64,000 bases of DNA from an uncultured Gemmatimonadales bacterium (GTDB taxonomy: Bacteria > Gemmatimonadota > Gemmatimonadetes > Gemmatimonadales > Gemmatimonadaceae), in contig OY969695.1 of NCBI GenBank assembly GCA_963701965.1, forward strand, positions 4,608,001-4,672,000, given 5' to 3'. Below are positions 39,034-48,486 of the stretch, one piece after another. The position numbers and the translations under genes are program-made. Numbering within the stretch: the stretch's first letter is position 1; every line of letters starts with the position of its first letter. The notes under the pieces were generated by a model. It was given only the letters and a program-made list of their open reading frames with translations, had not been told where the DNA came from and ran no database searches.

Positions 39034-41397
39034 GTGAACGCGCACGCGCTCGAGCTCCTGGAGCTGCCGCGCGTCCTGGAGTTGGTGGCGCAACGCGCTG
39101 TGTCGTCGCTGGGCGCGGCCCGCATTCTCGCGGCGCGCCCCACCGAGGACCGCGCGTGGGCCGAGCGCGAGCAATCCCGCGTGATCGCCGTGCGCGCGTT
39201 GATGGGAGAGGAGGGCGGCTGGTCACCGGAGCCCGTCCCTGATCTCACGGCCCCCCTCGCCCGCCTGCGCATCGACGGGACCGTCTGGACGCCGGGCGAG
39301 TTCTTGTCCGCGGCGCTGCTGCTCGCCTCGTCCCGGCGGACGCGCGAGTCCCTGGCCGATACGCGCCGCGCCGCGGCGGCGCGGGCGGTGCTCGCCCCAT
39401 TCGCGGAGCGTCTTCCCATCGCCCCGGACGTCGAGCGCGTGATCGGCCGCGCGATCGGTGATGACGGCACGGTCCGCGACGGCGCCTCGCCGCTCCTGGC
39501 CCGGCTCCGGCGCGACCTGCGCGGCGCGCAGGGCGAGCTGGTGCGGCTGCTGGAGCGGATCATGGCGCAGCTGGATCCGGCGCAGCAAGTCAGCGACATG
39601 TCGGTGACCGTGCGCAACGGGCGCTATGTGATTCCGGTGCGGCGCGACGCGCGGGGTTTGGGCGGCATCGTGCACGACACGTCGGCCAGCGGCGCGACGC
39701 TGTTCGTCGAGCCGCCCGCGGCGATCGAGGCCGGAAACCGCATCCGGGAGATGGAGGCGGCGGAGACCCGCGAAGTCGAGCGGGTGCTGCTGGAGCTGAC
39801 CGACGCCCTGCGCCCGCTGCGCGCGGACTTGCTCGATGCGCTCGACGTGCTGGCCGAGCTGGACTCCTTGGGCGCGCGGGCCCGGTATGCGATCGATGCC
39901 GGATGCGCCGCTCCGTTGCTCGCCGAACCGGGCGAGGGATTCCAGATCCGCGCCGGGCGTCACCCGCTTCTCCTGGCCCAGGGCCTGGCCGTCGTCCCGT
40001 TCGACCTGGACATGGATGCCGGCGAGAAGACCCTGCTGCTCTCCGGGCCGAACACCGGCGGCAAGACCGTGTTGCTCAAGTCGATCGGGCTCTTCTCGGC
40101 CATGCTGCGGTCCGGCGTCCCGGCGCCGGTCGGTGCCGGCAGCCGGATCGCGCTGTACGATGACATCTTCGCCGACATCGGCGACGAGCAATCGATCGCG
40201 GCCAGCCTGTCGACGTTCAGCGCACACGTGAAGAATCTCGGCGCCATCCTCGCGCACGCTACCGCGCGCTCCCTGGTGCTCATCGACGAGCTCGGCTCGG
40301 GAACCGATCCCGTGGAGGGGGCCGCGCTCGGGGGCGCGATTCTCGAAGACCTCACGGCGCGCGGGGCGATGACGGTGGCCACGACGCACCTGGGCGCGCT
40401 CAAGGACCTGGCGAGCGAGGTCGGTGGCGTCGTGAACGCCTCGCTGCAATTCGACGTCGCCCGGCTGGAGCCGACCTATCGGCTGCTCAAGGGAGTCCCC
40501 GGGCGCTCGTATGGGTTGAGCATTGCCCGCCGGCTCCGCCTGCCCGACGACGTGCTGGCGCGCGCCGAGGCACGCGTGCCGCGCGCCGAGCGCGATGTCG
40601 AGGCGCTGCTGGCCGATCTCGAGCGGCGCGAGACGGAGCTGGCCGGGCGCGAGGCCCGCGCCGAAGAGGCGATCGCCGGCGCCGAAGCGCGGTTCGCCCG
40701 CGTCGAGGCCCGGGAGCACGCCGTGCGGGAGCGGGAGCGGGAGGCCGAGCGACGGGCCCGGGTCGGCGCCCGGGAGTACGTTCTGCGTGCCCGCCAGGAG
40801 GTCGACCGGGTCATCGCCGAGTTGCGTTCCGGCGCGGCGGCCACCGACGCCGTGCGGGACGCGCGGCGTCGTGTCGAGCATATCGCGGCGGACCACGCCG
40901 CGGCGCTGGCGGCCCTCGACGAGTCGGCGCGCGGTGTCGTATCTGTAGGGGAGACGATCGCGCCGCGCGTGGGATCGTGGGTCGCGGTGGACGCGCTGGG
41001 CGGGAAACTGGGACGAGTCGTGGAGATGCGGGATGGCGATGCCGTCGTGGCCGTCGGTGCCGTGAAGATGACCGTGCCCGTCCAGACGCTGCGGGTGTCC
41101 ACGCCGGCGCCGGTGGAGCCCGTCGCCATCGCCCCCGACTTTGCCGACGTGCCGGCGGCCCAGGAGATCGACCTGCGTGGGCTGCGCGTGGATGAAGCCG
41201 AGGAGCGCGTGCTGTACGCGCTCGACGCCGCTGTTCGCGCCGATCTGGCGTCGATCCGCGTGATTCACGGCAAAGGCACCGGCGCGTTGCGGGAGCGGGT
41301 CGCGGAGATGCTGCGCAAGGACACCCGCGTGAAAAGCTTTCGCCTGGGAGCGTGGAATGAAGGCGGGGCCGGCGTGACCGTGGCGGAGCTCGCGTGA
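39034..41397 (+). CDS. mutS2: MutS2 (ATPase, coiled coil, C-terminal Smr domain)
   Basis: GIVHD.S.SG.T.FVEP, GPNTGGKT, DIGDEQSI..SLSTFS, DELGSGTDP, IHGKGTGALR. Confidence 0.95.
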   Translation: MNAHALELLELPRVLELVAQRAVSSLGAARILAARPTEDRAWAEREQSRVIAVRALMGEEGGWSPEPVPDLTAPLARLRIDGTVWTPGEFLSAALLLASSRRTRESLADTRRAAAARAVLAPFAERLPIAPDVERVIGRAIGDDGTVRDGASPLLARLRRDLRGAQGELVRLLERIMAQLDPAQQVSDMSVTVRNGRYVIPVRRDARGLGGIVHDTSASGATLFVEPPAAIEAGNRIREMEAAETREVERVLLELTDALRPLRADLLDALDVLAELDSLGARARYAIDAGCAAPLLAEPGEGFQIRAGRHPLLLAQGLAVVPFDLDMDAGEKTLLLSGPNTGGKTVLLKSIGLFSAMLRSGVPAPVGAGSRIALYDDIFADIGDEQSIAASLSTFSAHVKNLGAILAHATARSLVLIDELGSGTDPVEGAALGGAILEDLTARGAMTVATTHLGALKDLASEVGGVVNASLQFDVARLEPTYRLLKGVPGRSYGLSIARRLRLPDDVLARAEARVPRAERDVEALLADLERRETELAGREARAEEAIAGAEARFARVEAREHAVREREREAERRARVGAREYVLRARQEVDRVIAELRSGAAATDAVRDARRRVEHIAADHAAALAALDESARGVVSVGETIAPRVGSWVAVDALGGKLGRVVEMRDGDAVVAVGAVKMTVPVQTLRVSTPAPVEPVAIAPDFADVPAAQEIDLRGLRVDEAEERVLYALDAAVRADLASIRVIHGKGTGALRERVAEMLRKDTRVKSFRLGAWNEGGAGVTVAELA

Positions 41398-43202
41398 CCC
41401 GCGAGGAGATCAAGGAGCGCGTGCGCGAGGCCGCCGACATCGTGCAGATCATCGGCGAGTCGGTGCCCCTGCGCCGCGCCGGCGCCACGTTCCGCGGTCC
41501 GTGCCCATTCCACAACGGCAAGGACCGGAATTTCTCGGTGTCCCCGAAGCTCGGTCTCTACAAGTGCTTCGTGTGTCACGAGAGCGGGGATGTGTTCAGC
41601 TTTCTCCAGAAGCGGCTGGGGATGGATTTCCCGTCGGCGCTGCGCGCCGTGGCCGAGAAGTCCGGCGTCGAGCTGCCCCGCCACGACGGTCGCGACACGG
41701 CGCCGGATCCCCGCGAACCAGGCTGGGAGACGTTGGCCGCGGCCGCGGAGCATTTCTCGCGGGTGTTGTGGGACGATCCCGCCGGCGAGCCCGCGCGCGC
41801 GTACCTCGCGTCGCGGCAGGTGGATCGGGCGACGGCCGACCGTTTCGGGCTGGGGTACGCCGCCGACGGCGATCGCGCGCTCACGTATCTGCGCGGACTG
41901 GGGCTCACCGACGATCGGCTGACGGACGCCGGGGTCCTGACCGCGCCCGAGGATGGCCGCAAGCCCGGCGCGCGGTTCTGGCACCGGTTGATGTTTCCGA
42001 TCTTCGATGCCGGGGGCCACATTGTCGGATTCGGGGGACGCGCCCTGGGCACCGCCAAGCCCAAGTATCTCAACTCGCCCGATTCCCCGATCTTCTCGAA
42101 GAGCAAGCTTCTGTACGGCCTGCATTGGGCGAAGCTCGGGATGCGCCGTGAGGGCCAGGCCATCCTGGTCGAAGGCTACTTTGATCTCCTGCGGGTCGTC
42201 GCGGCCGGCATCGAGACGGCGGTGGCTTCGATGGGCACGGCACTGACCGAGGCGCAGGCGCGCCTCCTGGCCCGCTACACGAAGCACGTGTTCATTGCCT
42301 ACGACAGCGACCAACCGGGTCTCCGGGCAACGTTTCGGTCCGCGGACGCGTTGCTCGAGCAGGGCGTTCGTGTCCGTGTCGTCACTTTGCCACCCGGCGA
42401 CGATCCCGACAGCTATGTTGCGGCGCGGGGGAAAGCGGCATTCGAGTCGGAACTCGGCCAGGCCCTCGACGTGTTCGATCGGAAGGTGCAGTTTCTGGAG
42501 CGTGGCGGCTGGTTCGCCGATCTCGATCACAAGCGCCGAGCTATCGACAAGTTGTTGCCCACCATACGCGTAACGTCGGACCCGATCACCCAGCAGCTGT
42601 ACGTGGGGCGGCTGAGTGAGGCGTCGGGCGTGAGCGCCGAGACTTTGTGGCGGGAAGTGGGCGATGGTCCCGAGCCCCTGGCCGACGTCGCGGACCCTCC
42701 GGTGCAGCGGGTCACATTCGGGGCCGCTCTCGTCGAGCCCATCGGCGTCGAGGTCCTGGCCGAGCGGATGCTCGTGCAAAGCGTGCTGGCGGCCCGATCC
42801 CTGGTGGAATCCGTCGCGGCGCGCATCGACGTCTCCGATCTCCGCGACGCCCGATGCCAGGCCATCTTCGTGGCGCTCCGCGCTCAGCCGGACGCGACCC
42901 TCGAGGAGTTGGCCGCCGGGCTGTCGCCCGATGACGTGGCGCTGGTGCAGGAGATGCAGGCCGAAGGCGCGGGTGCCGGCGAAGTGGCGCGCGTCGTCGA
43001 GGACTGTATTCGGGATCTCAAAGTGCGGCGTCTGAAGGAGCGGCTGGTGCAAATCGATCACACGTTCGGCCTCGCCGATGATGCGACGAAGAACGAGCTC
43101 ATGATGGAGAAGAGCCGCTTGACGCGGGCGATCGGCGCGCTCAATGGCCGGGTATTTTCGATGTTCGGCAAGTCAATCCAACGGAGGCGTGGTGCACCCT
43201 GA
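41394..43202 (+). CDS. dnaG: DNA primase
   Basis: CHC2 zinc finger CPFH..C..C, RLMFPI, FGGR, KYLNSP, TOPRIM VEGY.D, YDSD..G, DPD. Confidence 0.96.
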   Translation: MTREEIKERVREAADIVQIIGESVPLRRAGATFRGPCPFHNGKDRNFSVSPKLGLYKCFVCHESGDVFSFLQKRLGMDFPSALRAVAEKSGVELPRHDGRDTAPDPREPGWETLAAAAEHFSRVLWDDPAGEPARAYLASRQVDRATADRFGLGYAADGDRALTYLRGLGLTDDRLTDAGVLTAPEDGRKPGARFWHRLMFPIFDAGGHIVGFGGRALGTAKPKYLNSPDSPIFSKSKLLYGLHWAKLGMRREGQAILVEGYFDLLRVVAAGIETAVASMGTALTEAQARLLARYTKHVFIAYDSDQPGLRATFRSADALLEQGVRVRVVTLPPGDDPDSYVAARGKAAFESELGQALDVFDRKVQFLERGGWFADLDHKRRAIDKLLPTIRVTSDPITQQLYVGRLSEASGVSAETLWREVGDGPEPLADVADPPVQRVTFGAALVEPIGVEVLAERMLVQSVLAARSLVESVAARIDVSDLRDARCQAIFVALRAQPDATLEELAAGLSPDDVALVQEMQAEGAGAGEVARVVEDCIRDLKVRRLKERLVQIDHTFGLADDATKNELMMEKSRLTRAIGALNGRVFSMFGKSIQRRRGAP

Positions 43203-43920
43203 TGTGGTGGCGTTGCTCGCCCTGCAGGCGGACGACGCGGCGATCATGGGATTCGAAGAACGGCTGGCGGCGCTGGCGCCGCGGGCCAAGGCGCTGGATG
43301 ATGCCCGGCGGTCGGCGGCCGATGCGTTGGAGCGGGCACGGGCCGCGGTCGAGGAGGAGGAACGGCGTCGCCGCGACCTGCATGCGCGCATCACGCAGCA
43401 CAAACAACTGCACGAGCGCAATCTGGCGCAGCTCGACGCGGTCAAGCGGGTGAAGGAGGCGACGGCGGCAATGTCGCAGGTGGAGCAAGCGCGGCGGATT
43501 CTCGCCGAGGAGGAGAGCGAGCTCGCGGTGCTCACCCGCCGCATCACCGAGTTGTCCACGGCCCGCGACTATCAGGAGAAAGCACTGCACGAGCTCGACG
43601 ATCGGCACGCTGACGATCGGGCCGCGATCACCGCGTCGCGCAGCGAGATCGAGGCGGCCCTCGGCGACGCGCGCGCGGCGCGGTCGGGCAAGGCGGCGAA
43701 CGTCAACCGGCCGCTGCTCGCCAAGTACGACCGCATTCGGTCGGTGCGTAAACAAGGCGCCATCTTCTCGTTGCGCGGGCCATCGTGCGGGAACTGCGAC
43801 ACCAGCGTTCCCATGCAGCGGCGCAACATCATGGCGGCCCGCGGCAACATCGAAGTGTGCGAGACGTGTGGTGTCCTGCTCTATGCCGAGCCGGCGCCAT
43901 CGGAAGAGGGCGTCGCCTAG
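43192..43920 (+). CDS. Coiled-coil protein with C-terminal C4 zinc ribbon (DUF164/CT398-like)
   Basis: LL.LQ..D N terminus, long coiled coil, Y.RIR, CGNC...CETCG.LLY. Confidence 0.85.
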   Translation: MHPDVVALLALQADDAAIMGFEERLAALAPRAKALDDARRSAADALERARAAVEEEERRRRDLHARITQHKQLHERNLAQLDAVKRVKEATAAMSQVEQARRILAEEESELAVLTRRITELSTARDYQEKALHELDDRHADDRAAITASRSEIEAALGDARAARSGKAANVNRPLLAKYDRIRSVRKQGAIFSLRGPSCGNCDTSVPMQRRNIMAARGNIEVCETCGVLLYAEPAPSEEGVA

Positions 43921-43976
43921 ACCGGCGCGTTGCCGCGCGCCTACCAGCCTACCCTCGCGACCGCTAGCTTCCCCGC

Positions 43977-45738
43977 GTGACATCGTCTGCGCGAGGGCGA
44001 CCGACCCGGTGGATCCTACCCGAGTGCGCCGATGACGCCGCGGCGCGGACGCTGGCGGCCGAGCTCCATCTCCCCCTCGCCGTGTGCCAGCTCCTCTGCG
44101 CCCGCGGTTTCGCGGACATCGAAGCCGCCAAGCGCTTCCTTCGTCCCCGCTTCGAGCAGCTGCACGCGCCGTCCCTGATGCGGGATCTCAATGTGGCGGT
44201 CGACCGGGTGGTGCTCGCCATCGAACGGGGCGAGACCATGCTCATCCATGGCGACTATGACGTGGACGGCATGGCCTCAACGTCACTCTTGGTCCGAACG
44301 CTGCGCACTTTCGGCGCTCGCGTCGTCCCGTTTATCCCCCATCGCCTTGCCGATGGGTACGATCTCGGCTCCGCGGGCGTCGCCGCCGCGCGCGACGCGC
44401 GGGCGGCTCTGGTCATCACGGCCGACTGTGGCACCAATGCGCATGCGGCGGTCGATGCTTTGAATGCCGCGGGCATCGACGTCATCATCTCCGACCACCA
44501 CCTGCCCGGTGGCCCGCTGCCGCGCGCCCTCGCCGTGCTCAATCCCAAACGCGACGGTTGCGGGTATCCCGACAAGGACCTGGCCGCCGCGGGCGTCGTG
44601 TTCAAGCTCGCGCTGGCGCTCGCCGCCCGGCTGGGACGATCGACCGGACCGGTCTTCGCGCTGCTCGATCTCGTCGCGCTGGCGACGGTCGCCGATGTCG
44701 CGCCGCTCCGCGGGGAGAATCGCGTCTTCGTCCGCTACGGCCTCCGGCTGTTGGCCGAGACGCAGAACGCCGGCCTGCGGGCTTTGGTGCGTTCGGCGGG
44801 TCTCGAAGGCAAGGCGATCACGGCCGGCCGCGTGGGATTCACCATCGCGCCCCGCTTGAACGCGGTGGGCCGCCTCGATCGCGGGATCAAGGGCGTTGAG
44901 CTGCTCACGACCGAGAATGAAGCGGACGCTCACCGGATCGCCCGCGATCTGGAGGAGCTGAACCGCCGGCGCCAGGAACTGGACCGCGCGACGCTGGACG
45001 AGGCACGCGGCAAGCTCGATGCGACGAACTTCGATACCACCTACGGGATCGTGCTCGCCCAGGAAGGCTGGCACCCGGGGGTCATCGGCATCGTCGCGTC
45101 CCGGCTCGTCGAGGAGACGGGCCGGCCGACCGTGCTCATCGCGCTCGATGGCGAGAGCGGGAAGGGGTCCGGCCGGTCCATTCCCAACTTCGATCTGCAC
45201 GGCGCGCTGGCGGCCTGCGGCGATCTGCTCACCCGCTACGGCGGGCATCGCGCGGCGGCCGGACTGGCCATCGCCCGCGGGAATCTCGACGCGTTCGCGA
45301 CACCGCTTCAACGCCGTGGCGCGCGAGCGCTTGGTCGCCGACGACCTGGCATTGCAGGTGCGCGTGGATCTCGAGGTGTCGATCGACGACGTCACGAACG
45401 ATCTCGAGTCCCTGTTGCGGCACTTCGAGCCGTTTGGCGTCGGCAACCCGGCGCCCGCCCTGCTCGCGCGCGGCGTGCACCTGGCGGCGCCGCCCCGCGC
45501 CATCGCGCAGGACGGGCTTCGCCTGCGACTGGCCTCGGCGATCGGCGAGATTCAGGCGATCGCTTGGAACGCGGCCCATCGCGCCCATGAGCTGACGTTG
45601 AGCCAACCAGTCGACGTCGTGTTTCGCGTCGAGCGGGACGAGTGGCAGGGGGCGAGTCGCCTCCAGGCGAAGGTGACCGATTTCCGAGAGGAGGAGCGCC
45701 CCTGCGCATCGTCGCCGGCGAATGGCGGGGGCGCGTGA
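43977..45738 (+). CDS. recJ: ssDNA exonuclease RecJ, with a 1-nt frameshift near 45300
   Basis: GDYDVDG, D.G, DHH, ATVADV.PL..ENR, PRLNA.GR, GSGRS, GGH..AAG, then (other frame) EPFG.GNP.P. Confidence 0.93.
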
Positions 45739-46232
45739 TCGCCGCGCCACCGGGTGACGCGGTCCGCCCGACGACCGACCGCGTCCGCGAAGCCTGGATG
45801 AGCATCGTGCAACCATTCTTGCCGGGGGCCCGCGTCGTCGACCTGTTTGCGGGGTCCGGCGCCTTGGGGCTCGAAGCGCTCTCCCGCGGGGCCCAGAGCG
45901 CCGAGTTCGTGGAGTCGTCAGCGAAGAGCATCGCCGTCTTGCGGGCGAATATTGCGTTACTCGGCGCGGCCGATCGCGCGACGGTGACCCGCGCCGACGC
46001 GCTCGCTTTTGCGTCGGCGCTTGGCGCGGACGTCTACGATCTGGCGTTCGCCGATCCTCCCTACGAACACGGATTCGCCACGTCGATCGTCGAACGCTGG
46101 CAGTCGGTGCGCTTTGCCAGTGTGCTGGGGATCGAGCATGCGGCGCGCGAAGCGTTGCCGCCGGGCGGCGACCGACGCCGGTACGGCGGATCGGCGATCA
46201 CGTTCTACGGCATGGGGAGGATCCGGGCATGA
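45702..46232 (+). CDS. rsmD: 16S rRNA m2G966 methyltransferase
   Basis: RI.AGEWRGR, RPT.DRVREA, DLFAGSGALG.EALSRGA, DPPY. CTG start follows GAGGAGGAG. Confidence 0.93.
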   Translation: MRIVAGEWRGRVIAAPPGDAVRPTTDRVREAWMSIVQPFLPGARVVDLFAGSGALGLEALSRGAQSAEFVESSAKSIAVLRANIALLGAADRATVTRADALAFASALGADVYDLAFADPPYEHGFATSIVERWQSVRFASVLGIEHAAREALPPGGDRRRYGGSAITFYGMGRIRA

Positions 46233-46717
46233 CGTGTACCGCCGTCTATGCGGGCAGCTTCGACCCCATCACCCGCGGCCACGAAGACCTGATGCGGCGG
46301 AGCCTGGAGTTCGTGAACCGCCTGGTCGTCGCCGTGGCCGTGAATTCGTCCAAGCAGCCGCTGTTCACTGTCGACGAGCGCGTCGCCATGATCCGGGCGG
46401 CGGTGGCCGACGAGCCGCGCATCGAAGTCCGGGCTTTTCACGGTCTCCTGGTCGACTTCGCCGCATCGGTCGACGCCCGGACCGTGATCCGCGGATTGCG
46501 GGCGATCAGCGATTTCGAGAACGAGTTTCAGATGGCCTTGATGAATCGCCACTTGTCCGGGCATCTGGAGACGGTGTTCATGATCCCCTCTCTCGATCTC
46601 ACGTACGTCAGCTCCAGCATCGTCCGCGAAGTCGCGCGCTACGGCGGCGACGTCTCGGCGCTGGTCCACCCTCTCGTCGGTGAGGCGTTACGCCGGAAGT
46701 TCGCGACCCCGCGCTGA
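46229..46717 (+). CDS. coaD: Pantetheine-phosphate adenylyltransferase
   Basis: Y.GSFDPIT.GH, RGLR..SDFE.E.QMA, VSSS.VRE. Confidence 0.96.
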   Translation: MTCTAVYAGSFDPITRGHEDLMRRSLEFVNRLVVAVAVNSSKQPLFTVDERVAMIRAAVADEPRIEVRAFHGLLVDFAASVDARTVIRGLRAISDFENEFQMALMNRHLSGHLETVFMIPSLDLTYVSSSIVREVARYGGDVSALVHPLVGEALRRKFATPR

Positions 46718-47709
46718 GCGCCGCCGCGTTTCTGGAGGGCGTGCGCGCGCGGGCGGCGCGCGTCGCGCGGACCGTGGTGTTCCCGGAGAGCGCCGATGCC
46801 CGCACGCTGGCCGCGGTCGAGATCCTCGCGGCCGAGCGGATCGTGCGCCCCATTCTGGTGCGCGATCCGGCGAAGCAGGAACGCCCCGACATCCCCGGCA
46901 TCGAGACGGTCGATCCGGCCAGCGATCCGCGGCGCGCCCCCATCGAGGCGTGGCTGGCGGCGTCGCCCAAGGCCGCCCGCCTCTCGGCGGACGAGGTGCG
47001 CACGCTGGCGGCGACGCCATTGTACTTCGCCGACGGCCTGGTCCGGGCAGGCGATGCCGATGCGTGCGTCGCGGGCGCGGTCTACACGACGGCCGAGGTC
47101 ATTCGCGCCGCGCTCCGGATGATCGGGCCGGCCCCGCGGGTCTCCAGTGTGTCCAGTGCGTTCTACATGGTGATCCCCGACGGGCGCGTGCTGACGTTCA
47201 CGGACTGTGCCGTCGTTCCGCTCCCCACCCCCGGTCAGCTGGCCGACAGTGCCGAGGCCGCGGCCGACGACCGGCGCCGCATTGTCGGCGACATCCCTCG
47301 TGTCGCGTTTCTGTCGTATAGCACGAGCGGCAGCGCCGGGGGGAAGTCCGTCGACCGCGTCCAGCGTGCCGTGGCCATGCTCAAGGCGCGGCGGCCGGAC
47401 CTTGCGATCGATGGCGAGATGCAGGCCGATGCCGCGCTCGTTCCCGCGGTCGCCCGGCGCAAGATCCGCGACGGCGGGGTGGTCGGCGGGGCGGCGACCG
47501 TCCTGGTCTTTCCCTCGCTCGATGCGGGAAACATCGCCTATAAGCTGGTCGAGCGCCTGGCGGGAGCGGTGGCCATTGGACCGATTCTGCAAGGATTGGC
47601 CCGACCCTGCTCCGATCTCTCGCGCGGGGCAGGTCCGCATGACATTGTTAATGTGGCCGCGATCACCGTATTGCAGGCCCGAGTCGAACCGCTGGGAGAC
47701 ACTACATGA
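46714..47709 (+). CDS. pta: Phosphate acetyltransferase (short PTA/PTB type); start CTG 46714 or GTG 46741
   Basis: VFPE..D.R, DCAV.P.P, AFLSYST.GS, DGE.Q.DAAL, FP.L.AGNI.YK, GP.LQG...P..DLSRG. Confidence 0.9.
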   Translation: MSAAAFLEGVRARAARVARTVVFPESADARTLAAVEILAAERIVRPILVRDPAKQERPDIPGIETVDPASDPRRAPIEAWLAASPKAARLSADEVRTLAATPLYFADGLVRAGDADACVAGAVYTTAEVIRAALRMIGPAPRVSSVSSAFYMVIPDGRVLTFTDCAVVPLPTPGQLADSAEAAADDRRRIVGDIPRVAFLSYSTSGSAGGKSVDRVQRAVAMLKARRPDLAIDGEMQADAALVPAVARRKIRDGGVVGGAATVLVFPSLDAGNIAYKLVERLAGAVAIGPILQGLARPCSDLSRGAGPHDIVNVAAITVLQARVEPLGDTT

Positions 47710-48038
47710 GCTTCTCGATCGCGAAGCAGGGAGAGGTCGTTGTGGTCGATGTCGAAGGGCAGTTGATCGTCGGCAACCGCCAGGAGCTGAAACAGAAAGT
47801 CCTGGATGAGTTGGAGAAGGGCGAGCGCAAATTCCTCATCGACTTCACCCGCACCGGGTACATCGACAGCTCCGGCCTCGGCGTGCTGGTCTCGCTGTCC
47901 AAGAAAATCCGCGAGCAGGGTGGCGAGCTGCGGCTGGCCAACCTCAATGATGATCTCAAGACGCTGTTCGAGCTGACCAAACTCGACACGCTGTTTCAGA
48001 TCGCGGACACTCGCGAGCGCGGATTACAGAGCTTTTGA
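47706..48038 (+). CDS. STAS-domain anti-sigma factor antagonist (RsbV/SpoIIAA-like)
   Basis: YIDSSGLG phospho-Ser motif, GGEL.L, F.LT.L. Confidence 0.92.
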   Translation: MSFSIAKQGEVVVVDVEGQLIVGNRQELKQKVLDELEKGERKFLIDFTRTGYIDSSGLGVLVSLSKKIREQGGELRLANLNDDLKTLFELTKLDTLFQIADTRERGLQSF

Positions 48039-48042
48039 CCCC

Positions 48043-48486
48043 ATGAGTCGTCCCCGGGATCGACTCGACTCCATGCGCGTTGTGATCGAGTTGGAGGTCC
48101 CGAACGATGTCCGGAATATCGAAGGGATCGTGGAGCTCGTGAGTCGTCAGATTCGCGAGCTCGACTTCCCGGCTCGCGCCTGCTCGCTCAACGTGCCCGT
48201 GGCGCTGAGCGAGGCGCTGTCGAATGCCATGCTGCGCGGCAACGGGGACAACAGCGCGAAGCACGTGCGTGTGCGAGCGCTCGTCGACCAATTGGCGCTG
48301 GTGCTGGAGGTCTCGGACGAGGGCGGAGGATTCGACCTCGAGCGGTGCATGCGCGATCCGACGACCCCGGAGAACGTGGCCCGCGAAGATGGTCGCGGGC
48401 TCTTCCTGATGTACCGCTTGATGGATCGCGTTGAACGGTACACGGACGGCGGCAACGTGGTGCGGCTGACGCTGAACCGGCTGTGA
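48043..48486 (+). CDS. RsbW-like Ser kinase / anti-sigma factor (HATPase_c)
   Basis: EAL.NA...GN, V.DEG.GFD, GRGLFLM..LMD.V. Confidence 0.9.
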   Translation: MSRPRDRLDSMRVVIELEVPNDVRNIEGIVELVSRQIRELDFPARACSLNVPVALSEALSNAMLRGNGDNSAKHVRVRALVDQLALVLEVSDEGGGFDLERCMRDPTTPENVAREDGRGLFLMYRLMDRVERYTDGGNVVRLTLNRL

